Shown here: one piece after another, positions 1 through 9,715 of the stretch
How the letters are laid out: each line of letters begins with the position of its first letter
Position numbering within the stretch: position 1 is the first letter of the stretch
Assembly (NCBI GenBank): GCA_963717465.1
Contig: OY970340.1
Span: 2,272,001 to 2,336,000 of the forward strand
From: Candidatus Bathyarchaeota archaeon
GTDB taxonomy: Archaea; Thermoproteota; Bathyarchaeia; Bathyarchaeales; Bathycorpusculaceae
DNA: 64,000 nt
Reading direction: 5' to 3'
Notes under the pieces: model-generated
Seen by the model: only the letters and a program-made list of their open reading frames with translations
Told to the model about the DNA's origin: nothing
The model's database searches: none
Program-made: the position numbers and the translations under genes

Positions 1-103
1 TATTCGCCGTAATGGCGGTGCAACTTTGCATCTCCACGTCATTTTTACACCCATAGAAAAAAGTTGGATGTTTAAGTATCTGTTATTAGCGGTTGCACTT
101 AAT

Positions 104-941
104 TTACAACTTTAAAATTATGGTATTTAACAATTCATCAGTAGAGCGCGTGCGTTCACCAGTAATACCCTTACTGTAAGTACATACTATTCTACATATG
201 TTACTGTATTTTTGAGAAATGTTTATGCTTTCGTTCTTGGATGAAATAATAAAATCTCCATTTTCAGTCGAAAAATTCCATTGATGCAGTCCATTATAAT
301 TTTGTATACGTGCTTCATTAGGTCTATGAATCATTAAGATATAGCAATTTTTTTTGACTACTTTTATCATTTCTAGTATTGCTTTTTCCGGAGAATAAGA
401 ATGGTCTATACAATTACATGCAAAGACCAAGTCAAACGAGTTTTTGGGAAACATCTCTGTGAGTTTTTCGGCGTCAGATTTCTTCGTTTGAATTAGTGGA
501 GAAACACAGTATTTCTTCATAAGATTGTCGTATTCGTCGAGCTAGAGGGTCAACAGCAGTGATATTGATTTTTAATCCTTCGTGTACTTTCCCCAGACGG
601 GTGAGAGGGCCTGCACCTACATCCAGAATTTCAACTTGGCTCTTATTTTGAGGGAGTAACTTAACGACTGCTTCCTGTAGTGGAAAAGTGGGATCTAATC
701 TAGCGTTATAATCTTGTGGCTTCTCTAAACCCTTGGTTTCAAAATAATCGTTCCAAAAGGACACTTCAGACTTTACAGCTGTTTTCCATCTTAATTTCGA
801 ATTTAAAGGTACGCGTATTCCCGTTTTATCTTCAAAAACATAAATAGTAAAACCCACAAATCCAAGGTCTCTTAATCCTGCTATTACATTTGCTATTGCA
901 TTCTTGGCTTTTTTCACATAAGCATATTTCAAGATTTTCAC
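104..941 (-). CDS. Class I SAM-dependent methyltransferase, split by one frameshift near 540
   Basis: ILDVGAGP motif I in ORF 474-941; FDLVFACNCIDH in ORF 104-520; removing one base restores DPLADEYDNLMKKY. Confidence 0.8.
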
Positions 942-1478
942 CCATTTGCCCGATAGAAAAAAGAAGGGTTGTTTTAAGTATTTCTGATTAGCGGTTGCGA
1001 CTTTCGTTCTTCTAACATGGTTCCACTATTGGTCTTTGCTAAGTTGGCATTTTTTCGCATATAATTGCACTCGTTTAGAAAACGTAAGGTTCATGTTTGA
1101 CATTTAGGAACCACAGCCCCAAAGTGTTAGTCACACGAAGCAACGCTATGAACATCGACGTTCAAGTCTTCAATAAGAAAACAGGATATACAGAGCAAGT
1201 TTTTGGGTTTGTTTCTTTAATCTGAGGGTCTGTCCAAAGCATTTGTTGCCTCAATGTATAATATAGGTTCTTTTAGAAAATTTTGCTGCAGAAGGGCAGT
1301 TTTTCAGTTAACTTTTCTTTGAGAGCTTTAGTGCAGTTAAAAAATCGCCTGCATCACACAGGTCTTGCTACACCTTAGTACCAGTTTGGCTCAAAATTGT
1401 CAGTCACTTACTCACCAGTGACTCACAATAGACCTGAAGATTTCTTAAATGTGATAGCGAGCAAAATGCGTGCTAGAG

Positions 1479-2465
1479 TTAACGTGGCTCCTTGTGAACA
1501 AAGAGGGATGCAGCTTGTAAGGCGTTGTATGTGATTATCATGTCTGCTCCGGCTCTTCGGATTGAGTTCAATGATTCCATTACTAGTGCGCTCTCTCTAA
1601 TTTTGGTATTCTTGCAAAGTAATTTTATAAAGGCATATTCTCCGCTAACTTGGTAAGCAGCAATAGGAGTAGTAGGATAACTTTGTTTAACCCTAAGTAT
1701 GAGGTCTAAATTCACTAATGCTGGCTTCACTATAACGATGTCTGCACCCTCATCCAAGTCAAGGCTTACTTTTTGCATAAACAATTTATCATTAATGACA
1801 TCGCTTCTAAATTTGCTGGAGTCGACACAGTTTCTTTGAGCTTTTGAGTCCGCCATTGCTTCATAGAAAGGTTGGAAAAGGCAGCTGTTAGTTTTAATGT
1901 ACGTCATGATGGCTGTGTTATTAAGTCCTTGGTCATCTAGAGCTTCGCGGATATGTTTAACTTGGCCGTCGCACATAGCGGCTGGTGCAATAACGTCTGC
2001 TCCAGCTTGAGCGTGAACAACGGATATTTTGGCCAGCATCTTTGCAGTCTTCTCACTAAGGACTTGCCCCCTCTCGCTATAGACACAGAAATCGTCCTTT
2101 GTGTAGTCGCATAAACAAACATTTGATATTAGGACGAGTTTATCTCCAAACTTTTTCTTGAGCATACTAAATATCTTGCTGTGAAAGTTGTTTTCTTTTA
2201 GTGCTACTGAACCATCAGAGTCTCGGTGAGCTATAACGCCAAAAACTAGAATGCCAGGGATGCCTAAATCTACTGCTTTGTTACATACCTCGACAGCTTC
2301 GGTTAAGGATAGGTAGTTTTGGCCATCCATAGATGGGATTGGGAAGCCTTTACCGTCTTCTCTGACAAAAATTGGATAAATAAAATTGTTAGAAGTTAGG
2401 GAGGTGGGCTGTATTAGACTTAACAGGGATCTTGATTGCTTAAGGCGAAAAGTCGCATTCATCAT
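1479..2465 (-). CDS. hemB: Porphobilinogen synthase (ALA dehydratase), divergent
   Basis: YPIFV, VCLCDY(x5)C Zn ligands, AGADVIAP, EGADIVIVKPA Schiff-base Lys, AAYQVSGEY, RAGADMIITY. Confidence 0.9.
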   Translation of the reverse strand: MMNATFRLKQSRSLLSLIQPTSLTSNNFIYPIFVREDGKGFPIPSMDGQNYLSLTEAVEVCNKAVDLGIPGILVFGVIAHRDSDGSVALKENNFHSKIFSMLKKKFGDKLVLISNVCLCDYTKDDFCVYSERGQVLSEKTAKMLAKISVVHAQAGADVIAPAAMCDGQVKHIREALDDQGLNNTAIMTYIKTNSCLFQPFYEAMADSKAQRNCVDSSKFRSDVINDKLFMQKVSLDLDEGADIVIVKPALVNLDLILRVKQSYPTTPIAAYQVSGEYAFIKLLCKNTKIRESALVMESLNSIRRAGADMIITYNALQAASLFVHKEPR

Positions 2466-2531
2466 AATTCACCTTTTTCTACGCTATGGACAGCTTACTT
2501 TTAAATTCTTTTATTTTTAAATATTAATTTG

Positions 2532-3881
2532 TTATAAGAAATTTTTTGCGATACTCAGGAAAAGGAAAGTTGAAGTCCCAACAGCATTTGTTAGAAGGTT
2601 TTCTATGCTGAATCTGGAGACAGATGAGTAATACTGCGGATAAAGGATGTCGCCCTTTGGATCAATCTTGCCTTCTTTAACGGCCAAGTCATACAGTTCC
2701 GTATGGGGATAAATTCGCATTTTAGTAAATCCAACATATGCGAGCTTCTCTTTAAGCTCCACTAACATTCTTGGAACAATATTAACAAGTCCAGCTACAT
2801 GCGAAGCATTATTCGAAGGCAAATCAATCATGAAGTTAAAGCCCACCTTAACGTTTTCTAAAGCTTTAAAATAGGAAATTGAGGCATTTATTTGACTAAC
2901 AGTCAGGTTTCTCTTAAGCATCACTAAGGCTTCATCTGAGGCACCATCCGCAGAAAAATTCAATAGTCGACATCCAGATTTAACTGCGTCAGCCGCGAAA
3001 CGTGCATTAAGAAAAGCTGGATGAGCATCAGTACTCCATTCTATCTCAACTTTTCGCTCTAAAAGTTCATGGACTATTTCTTGAGCATGCTCAAATGGAT
3101 AGTTGAAGATGGAGCTAACAAAAAATAAATTCGTTACTCCGTATTCACTTACTAACTTTTCAACTTCGTCAACGATTTTTCTAGGCGATCTCAGTCTAAG
3201 GTTGCAGCCGGAAATGTGATAGTTGGGACAGAACATGCATTTGAAAGCGCAACCTCTTTGAGTCTGCACTGAGAGGGCAAAGGAGTGTTTATCGTACTTT
3301 TTTATATCGAAGAATTCTCTGGAAGGTATCGGTAAAGAATTGAAATCTTCAAAAATTTTTGGAGTGAAAATTAATTTACCATTTTTTTTGAAAACTAAAT
3401 TATTTACTCTTTCAGGAGTCTTCATTTTTTTAAGAAGCTGTGCAAATGAATGCTCGCCTTCAAAAACTAAGCCGAAGTCGATTTCAGGATTTCCATCCAT
3501 GACTTCTTTCGCGAAAAGTGAAAAGCCGGAGCCGCCAACGACGAGTTTGCATGTGGGTAGTGTATTTTTTATCATCTTAACTGTTGACACAAATGTTGGA
3601 TAGTACCATTTGTGAACAGTTGAAATCGCGCTATCAGTATTTCTTAGTGATAATCCTACAACATCCGGTTTTATTTTCTCCAGCATGCTTGGAAGCTTTT
3701 CTAATGGATTTTGGGAATCATCAACATTGGGATCCCAACAATAAACTTCATGATCTTTTTTAATCATGGATGCGATGGATGCTAGACCGATGGGAAAAAC
3801 AAGTGGCGTAGCATCCGATAATTTTTTACCAATGTACGATTGGCAAAGAAAAACGCGCATGACTCCACAACTCAAACTCAA
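2532..3881 (-). CDS. B12-binding radical SAM protein
   Basis: N-terminal cobalamin-binding domain (PIGLASIA, PDVVGLSLRN, VVGGSGFS) and QTQRGCAFKCMFC CxxxCxxC motif. Confidence 0.9.
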   Translation of the reverse strand: MSLSCGVMRVFLCQSYIGKKLSDATPLVFPIGLASIASMIKKDHEVYCWDPNVDDSQNPLEKLPSMLEKIKPDVVGLSLRNTDSAISTVHKWYYPTFVSTVKMIKNTLPTCKLVVGGSGFSLFAKEVMDGNPEIDFGLVFEGEHSFAQLLKKMKTPERVNNLVFKKNGKLIFTPKIFEDFNSLPIPSREFFDIKKYDKHSFALSVQTQRGCAFKCMFCPNYHISGCNLRLRSPRKIVDEVEKLVSEYGVTNLFFVSSIFNYPFEHAQEIVHELLERKVEIEWSTDAHPAFLNARFAADAVKSGCRLLNFSADGASDEALVMLKRNLTVSQINASISYFKALENVKVGFNFMIDLPSNNASHVAGLVNIVPRMLVELKEKLAYVGFTKMRIYPHTELYDLAVKEGKIDPKGDILYPQYYSSVSRFSIENLLTNAVGTSTFLFLSIAKNFL

Positions 3882-4720
3882 ATTTTTTTAGAGACAAAAA
3901 CTGCTTGCAATAAAAACCTATTTTGATAAAGTCTGATAATACCTATTGGTACGCCGCTAATCTTAATTTTCCTTAACAATATTATTCTTAATAAATTCAG
4001 TAAGCTGTGATTATTTTTCACTATCTCAAGCGCGTTTAAATCTGCAGTTAAAACGACGTTCGCTTGCGAAAAATCTGTTTCGCTAAGTTCAATATTATTC
4101 TTGTTGATATTAATAAGAAACTTGGGCAGTCCCTTGATGTTAAAGAGGACTCGCATTTTATGGTTTGAAGCCATATTAACCTGCTTTGATTTTTTGAAGG
4201 AATCGATTTTTTCTTGTATGGTCTTTATGTTGAGAAGCTTGTAATATGTAATCACATTGTTTTGGATTGGAATATAATCAAATGAAGAATTAAAAAAGTT
4301 CTTGTTCAGCCGAAGGTCGCCAGTTATCATCATACTAGCTACTATCTCTTTCTTTTTAATTACATCGCCCGTTGAGGATCTCAAAAAACGTAAAAGATTT
4401 GTTCCAACACCGCTGCCTCTATAGGCAGGATCAACAATAAGATCAGCAGCAAATATGGCATTAACATTTAAAGTATCAGTAAGTCTTAAATTGATTGGAA
4501 TCCAATGATTGCATCCAATTATCTTTCCGTTTGTTTCTGCAACTGCAATAAATGATGCTTCAAAATTTGGGTTTGATTTATATTTCCAATCCCAGTACTC
4601 CTTACTCTGAGTTTCTTCAAGTGTAGCGTCTAAAAGTGATACAAGCGCTTTAACCGCTTGTTCATCATCACTTACAAAGGCCCTGCAACGATAATTTTCC
4701 AACTTTTTCGGTTCGTTCAA
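3878..4720 (-). CDS. GNAT acetyltransferase with C-terminal SCP2-like domain
   Basis: YWDWKY, VDPAYRGSGVG acetyl-CoA motif A; C-terminal ANVVLTAD...KIKISG. Confidence 0.75.
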   Translation of the reverse strand: MNEPKKLENYRCRAFVSDDEQAVKALVSLLDATLEETQSKEYWDWKYKSNPNFEASFIAVAETNGKIIGCNHWIPINLRLTDTLNVNAIFAADLIVDPAYRGSGVGTNLLRFLRSSTGDVIKKKEIVASMMITGDLRLNKNFFNSSFDYIPIQNNVITYYKLLNIKTIQEKIDSFKKSKQVNMASNHKMRVLFNIKGLPKFLININKNNIELSETDFSQANVVLTADLNALEIVKNNHSLLNLLRIILLRKIKISGVPIGIIRLYQNRFLLQAVFVSKKI

Positions 4721-5520
4721 CCATAATCACCAAGTTGGAGGCACCAATCAGGTTTAAGTTGCATAGATGATAAAAACCTAAGCACACTATAAAATTTCCA
4801 AAAAGGCCTTATCTTAAGTTTAGAAAGAATGAAAGCCTTGGAAGGATCCAAGAGTCCAAAGATTAAACATGAGAAAATTGATTCAGTCGTTTCCAAGTAA
4901 ATTTCGTTAATAATATTATCATTATTATCCTCGCTTGCAACTTGAACTTTGCCATCGTTAACAGTTAAGACCACATTTTTTTGGGCTGACGACTTGTCGT
5001 TTCTTAGCTTAATGGTGAGTTTTTCGTTAATTTGGCTTTCTAAATGCTTACTGGTTATTATTAACGTTAATAGTTTTTGATAGTCAAATATGCGCAAACA
5101 AACCAGCGGGGGCGAGTAAGTGCTGAAACCCAATTTTCTACAATTTTCATTTAATAAATCATCCTTTATTGGAGCATTAAACGAAATCGAATCTGCATTG
5201 ATTTCGTGTAAGTAGCTTATTGCGTTGTTTAGTAGAAGTAAGATTATTTTTTCTCCATCTTTTTCTGAATCGTAGCAGAACTCCCATATTTTACCAGATT
5301 TTCCAATTACAGTGTAACCGACAATTTCGGCTTTTTCATTTTCAACTATTAATATTTTGTCAGGTTCAACATCTGGCCGTTGCAAACACGACCAACGCCA
5401 ATATTCAACTGTTTTAGTTGGAAAGCCACCGTATTTTCCAAATTCCTTGTTGAAGAGACTTAAAATTTTTGATTCGTCGCCTTCCTTGAACGTTCTGAGG
5501 GCATATTTGATTTCAGTCAA
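4717..5520 (-). CDS. GNAT-family protein with C-terminal SCP2-like domain
   Basis: LRTFKEGDE, EYWRW...RPD, IVGY; C-terminal LDPSKAFILSKLKI; 4-bp overlap with next gene. Confidence 0.65.
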   Translation of the reverse strand: MTEIKYALRTFKEGDESKILSLFNKEFGKYGGFPTKTVEYWRWSCLQRPDVEPDKILIVENEKAEIVGYTVIGKSGKIWEFCYDSEKDGEKIILLLLNNAISYLHEINADSISFNAPIKDDLLNENCRKLGFSTYSPPLVCLRIFDYQKLLTLIITSKHLESQINEKLTIKLRNDKSSAQKNVVLTVNDGKVQVASEDNNDNIINEIYLETTESIFSCLIFGLLDPSKAFILSKLKIRPFWKFYSVLRFLSSMQLKPDWCLQLGDYG

Positions 5521-5645
5521 CTAATTCAAACTCATTATAATGTGATTGCTAAAGGATAACTGTTTGTTAAATCAACTATTGCAGGATTAAGTAGCAATTA
5601 AGATAGAGGCGATTCATGTATAATTATGGGGAAGCTTTTGTTTTA

Positions 5646-6953
5646 TTAGTTGATGACTAAGCTTTTCTTCATTTTGTCCTCGAAAACGCCGATTGGAACG
5701 AATATAGCATCATCTAATGTGAGCGTAACACCAAGCTTTGTCTTCAAAAGTTCATGAAGAGATTCCCTTATTAATTGTTGTTTGCTAACACTCAAATCGC
5801 CGTTTGTTTCCGCTTTAATTATAAACCTCTGTTGTGGAGAACTTTTGTCAATAATTATTTGGCATCTGCCTGTTAACTCGGGAAAATTAACCAATATTGC
5901 TTCCACTCTGCTAGGAAATACTGATACGCCTTTTACTTTTACCATGAAGTCTTTTCGGTCAATATCTGTTCCGATTTTAGGGTGACACATGCCACAACTG
6001 CATTGTTGAAAACCATAACAGTCAACAATGTCACGTGATGAATACCTGATTATGGGTGAGGCTTCCCTTTGCAAACTTGTGATTACAAGCTCGCCTCTTT
6101 CACCATCAGATAAAGTCTCCATTGTTTGGGGGTCCACTACTTCAACTAAATACTTATCAGCCCAAATATGATGCCCTCCAGCGCCCTCTTCGCAGTAAAC
6201 TGAGAGCCCTGGGAATTCAGTGGCGCCATAATCGAGGAAAATGTTTTCGTAACCTAACTCGTTTTTCAAGCGTTCTCTTTGCTGTAAAGTTGGTTTTTCA
6301 GAGACGCAGATACCGGCTCTTAAGGATGATTTACTTAAATCTTGACCGGTTTGTTTAGCTACTTCTGCGATGCGTAAATGGTAGTTTGTTACACCATAGA
6401 TAATAGTCGTGTTAAGATTTTTAATTAGTCTTATTTGACGTTCCGTATCTCCAGGTCCTACGGGTATTTCGCATATTCCCATCTTATTTAGACCCCAATG
6501 AATTGACCAAGCGCCTTGGAATAAGCCGTACAATGCGGTAACTTGAACCTTGTCTTTTGAAGTAATACCGTGAAACGTTAATTTTCTAGCAGATGCTTCA
6601 GCAATATTTTCAACGTCATTTCTACTGTGCGCTATAGTCATAGGAACTCCTGTTGTTCCGCTTGTTTGCCTAATTGTTAGAACTTTATCAAACGGTACAG
6701 CGAGCACATCTTGAAAATTATATTCCATTTCAGTTCTCGTGGTTATTGGAATTTTACGAATATCTTCAAGAGTTACAATGTCAGAAGGCGTTATGCCTGC
6801 TTTCTTGAGTTTTTCATGGTAAAATTTGCTGTTGGAATATACATGGGTTAATTCTTGTTTTAGTAATTTTACCTGAAGCTCTTTCAATTCTTTTATAGTG
6901 GCGCCCTGAATCTTTGGAGCCCAAAATTGCTTTTTCATTTCGCATCCGCCCAA
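5646..6953 (-). CDS. Phenylacetate-CoA ligase / F390 synthetase family adenylating enzyme
   Basis: TSGTTG P-loop, YGATE, GELVITSL, IIRY...D, VKGVSVFPS. Confidence 0.9.
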   Translation of the reverse strand: MGGCEMKKQFWAPKIQGATIKELKELQVKLLKQELTHVYSNSKFYHEKLKKAGITPSDIVTLEDIRKIPITTRTEMEYNFQDVLAVPFDKVLTIRQTSGTTGVPMTIAHSRNDVENIAEASARKLTFHGITSKDKVQVTALYGLFQGAWSIHWGLNKMGICEIPVGPGDTERQIRLIKNLNTTIIYGVTNYHLRIAEVAKQTGQDLSKSSLRAGICVSEKPTLQQRERLKNELGYENIFLDYGATEFPGLSVYCEEGAGGHHIWADKYLVEVVDPQTMETLSDGERGELVITSLQREASPIIRYSSRDIVDCYGFQQCSCGMCHPKIGTDIDRKDFMVKVKGVSVFPSRVEAILVNFPELTGRCQIIIDKSSPQQRFIIKAETNGDLSVSKQQLIRESLHELLKTKLGVTLTLDDAIFVPIGVFEDKMKKSLVIN

Positions 6954-7050
6954 GCTCGAACTTTAGTATAACAATGAAATATGGAAATATGACTGTCCCT
7001 TTAGTTATCTATTAGAAAACAATTGTTTTTGCGTTAAATGGTTAACCAGT

Positions 7051-7833
7051 TTAGAGGCGGCTTGAAAGAAGTTGAAGTAGACTCTTAAAGCCGTCCGAAT
7101 AGCGAATTTTGGATTTTCCAACTTTACGATAAGCGTAACCAATAGGCACCTCGCAGAACCTTGAGCCGTTTTGCAAGCTTTTAGAAGTCATTTCAATTTC
7201 AACTGCGAAACCGCTCTCTGTTAGCTCGAAGCCATCAACGATGTAACGCTTAAAAGCTTTTGAACCAGTCATTATGTCGGTTATGGGCGCATTGTAAAGC
7301 ATTCGAGCAGTTGCAGATAATAATCTGTTACCCATGTAGTGTGAAAAACTCATGCCTTTAGTTTTTCCGACAAATCTTGAACCGAAGACAACATCAGCTT
7401 TATTGTCCAGAATTGGCTTGACGAGCTCAGGGATCGAATCAGGAGAATACTCCATATCAGCGTCTTGAACTACAACAACTGTTCCTGAAGAATTGCAAAA
7501 GCCAGTTTTAAGCGCTGCACCCTTGCCCATATTCTTGGCATGACGGATGTATTTAATGTATGGAAAAGAAGTGAAGGCAGCAATCTCTTCCTGCGTATTA
7601 TCAGTAGAACCATCGTCCACAACAATGATTTCAACGGTGTTTGGAGACCAATTAATCTCCGTTAGCATCTTAAGCACCAGCGCTATGCTTTTCTCTTCGT
7701 TGTAAACTGGAACAACAACACTGATATCTGGAAGAGTCAAATTGTCAATAAAGGCTGAAGAAATACGTTCATTGTTATCGCTTTGTATTAGCAAGTGTTT
7801 TTCCCCTTGGCTTCTATATAATCGCTTACTCAA
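7051..7833 (-). CDS. Glycosyltransferase family 2 (DPM1-like)
   Basis: VVVPVYNE, VDDGSTD, NMGKGAA, QDADMEY, GSRF. Confidence 0.92.
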   Translation of the reverse strand: MSKRLYRSQGEKHLLIQSDNNERISSAFIDNLTLPDISVVVPVYNEEKSIALVLKMLTEINWSPNTVEIIVVDDGSTDNTQEEIAAFTSFPYIKYIRHAKNMGKGAALKTGFCNSSGTVVVVQDADMEYSPDSIPELVKPILDNKADVVFGSRFVGKTKGMSFSHYMGNRLLSATARMLYNAPITDIMTGSKAFKRYIVDGFELTESGFAVEIEMTSKSLQNGSRFCEVPIGYAYRKVGKSKIRYSDGFKSLLQLLSSRL

Positions 7834-7875
7834 CGAACATTATTAAGGCATGTGGAAAAAAAAGATATATATCAA

Positions 7876-7896
7876 TTATAGAAACTTGTTCTATAA
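7876..7896. promoter_or_regulatory. Palindromic operator candidate TTATAGAA-N5-TTCTATAA
   Basis: Perfect 8-bp inverted repeat immediately upstream of the minus-strand TATA box (about 7865-7872) of the GT2 gene. Confidence 0.45.
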
Positions 7897-7940
7897 CTTA
7901 AGCTTCTATAGCGAAGCATTAATTGACTCAACGGAACCGT

Positions 7941-8252
7941 TTATGGGAGGTTTTGCAGTAACCTAGCAAGTTTTGCGTGCTCAGAATCCAACACTTCAAG
8001 CAGTTGTTGCGCCTTAACGGATCGTTCATAAAATTCATAGTACTGCCTGAGAAACTCGCGCCCACTTTCAGTTAGTAAATATACTGAGCCGTTAATTTGA
8101 ATTAAACCCGCACTAATCGTCATATCCAAGTATTTCTCCAGCAATTTAAAACTCAAATTCGCGGCAATCATAATTCGCGTCTTGTTAGAACCCAAATTTG
8201 TAGCCTCCAGAACAGACGCAACAATCCGTAACCTATCACGATTCTTACCCAT
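7941..8252 (-). CDS. Winged helix-turn-helix regulator (ArnR1-like/HTH_45)
   Basis: MGKNRDRLRIVASVL...KTRIMIAANLSFKLLEKYL...YLLTESGREFL. Confidence 0.85.
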   Translation of the reverse strand: MGKNRDRLRIVASVLEATNLGSNKTRIMIAANLSFKLLEKYLDMTISAGLIQINGSVYLLTESGREFLRQYYEFYERSVKAQQLLEVLDSEHAKLARLLQNLP

Positions 8253-8283
8253 GAAAATACCAGCTAAAACTTTAAACAAAGCC

Positions 8284-8361
8284 AGTTAAGCACCAAGCAG
8301 AGACCCCTCTATCCAAATCCCTTCTTGACAGAAGCGGACATGAACAAGAGAACTCTAACTA
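8284..8361 (-). ncRNA. Putative structured leader RNA (long hairpin)
   Basis: About 24-bp interrupted stem with several G-U pairs that form only on the minus strand; lies upstream of the wHTH start. Confidence 0.4.
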
Positions 8362-9108
8362 TGCTTCAAACCCCTAACACTTATCCTCCACTTGTGAAGA
8401 AGCATGATTCAATAGAACTTCTTTTAAACTTTTCTATTACACAATAGGAACTGCAATAAAAGACAGCAATTGCAAAAGCTCTCACAGAAAAGCCCAAGCT
8501 AATAGCAAACGACCAATTGTAAACCAAGCTAGAAAACTGCACAACTTTATTGCTTATCGAAATTAGCATTGAAACACCCTTCTTCGCAATTTATAGCAAA
8601 AAACAACTACGAAAACGAAATTTAAACCATATCTCTGGAAATATAACATATCAGCAAAAAAGAAAAGCACCAATATTAAGTTACATTATGAAACACTGGA
8701 AAGCCAAACAAGGCCTAAGTGCAATGAAAAAACAAGATAATTTTAAAACAAATGGCAGCACTTACTGAAAAACAAAGCAGTTCTTAAAAAATTACAAAGA
8801 TCTGACAAGCTCAAGAAGAGGATGGTCAATTAGTTTTCTCTTCTTAGTTTAAATTTTTCTAGCTGCTAGCACATAACATATTTTGGTTGTTCTTAATTGT
8901 CAGGGGGCACAATAGAGCGATACCCAAACCGTTTTTTACTCGCGCATCTGCTTCTCCATTAATGCATACAGCCAAATATTAGAATACAGAAAAAGGAAAC
9001 TCATATGAATTCTTAAATTTTAATATATGCGAAGTTTTAAAAACCATTTTGTAGACTTTAATAAAACTGAGGGAAAGGAAAGCGCAAAAATCTAAGATAG
9101 AAACTTCA

Positions 9109-9336
9109 GTGATTCTTACATTTGTGAAAATGGTTTTTTTGATATTTGTTGGAGTTTACATTCTCACTTTGCCAGCCTATTATTTTTTAGTGCTGCACGG
9201 GGTTGGCGATGCCTTGATGCCTTTTGAAGTCACGCTATGTCTGATGGCAAGCATAGGATCAGTTGCATGGGTTTTTAAGCTAGCATTTGGGTTAAAAAGA
9301 GAAATCGGATTGGGCAAGCAAGCAAATGTGGATTAG
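9109..9336 (+). CDS. Small membrane protein, hypothetical
   Basis: Two hydrophobic segments in 75 aa. Confidence 0.4.
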   Translation: MILTFVKMVFLIFVGVYILTLPAYYFLVLHGVGDALMPFEVTLCLMASIGSVAWVFKLAFGLKREIGLGKQANVD

Positions 9337-9715
9337 GATTGACGATTTAGATATCCAACTTCACATGCCTAATCTTTAATTAGATGCAAATTTTTCTATG
9401 CGAGTTTTGTTTTATCGGATTCAGCAACGGAAGAGCACTCATAAGCGTGACAGGCCAGTGCTCTACGTGCTGTAAATTTTTTATGGGCTGAGAAGTAGAG
9501 CAGGAATCTACAAACTTTAAATATTGTGTAGCATGAGTTAATACATACTACAGATAAGTACAAAAAGGCGTCAAAATTGACAAAATCACTCTTCCATACA
9601 GCAATAGTTCAAACAATGCTTAACCAAGATTTCAGTTTTCAAGCCCCAAAAAAGCAATCAATCATCTTTCATGCAAAAAAATAGTTGAATCAACAAGTGC
9701 CAGAGGATACCATTT

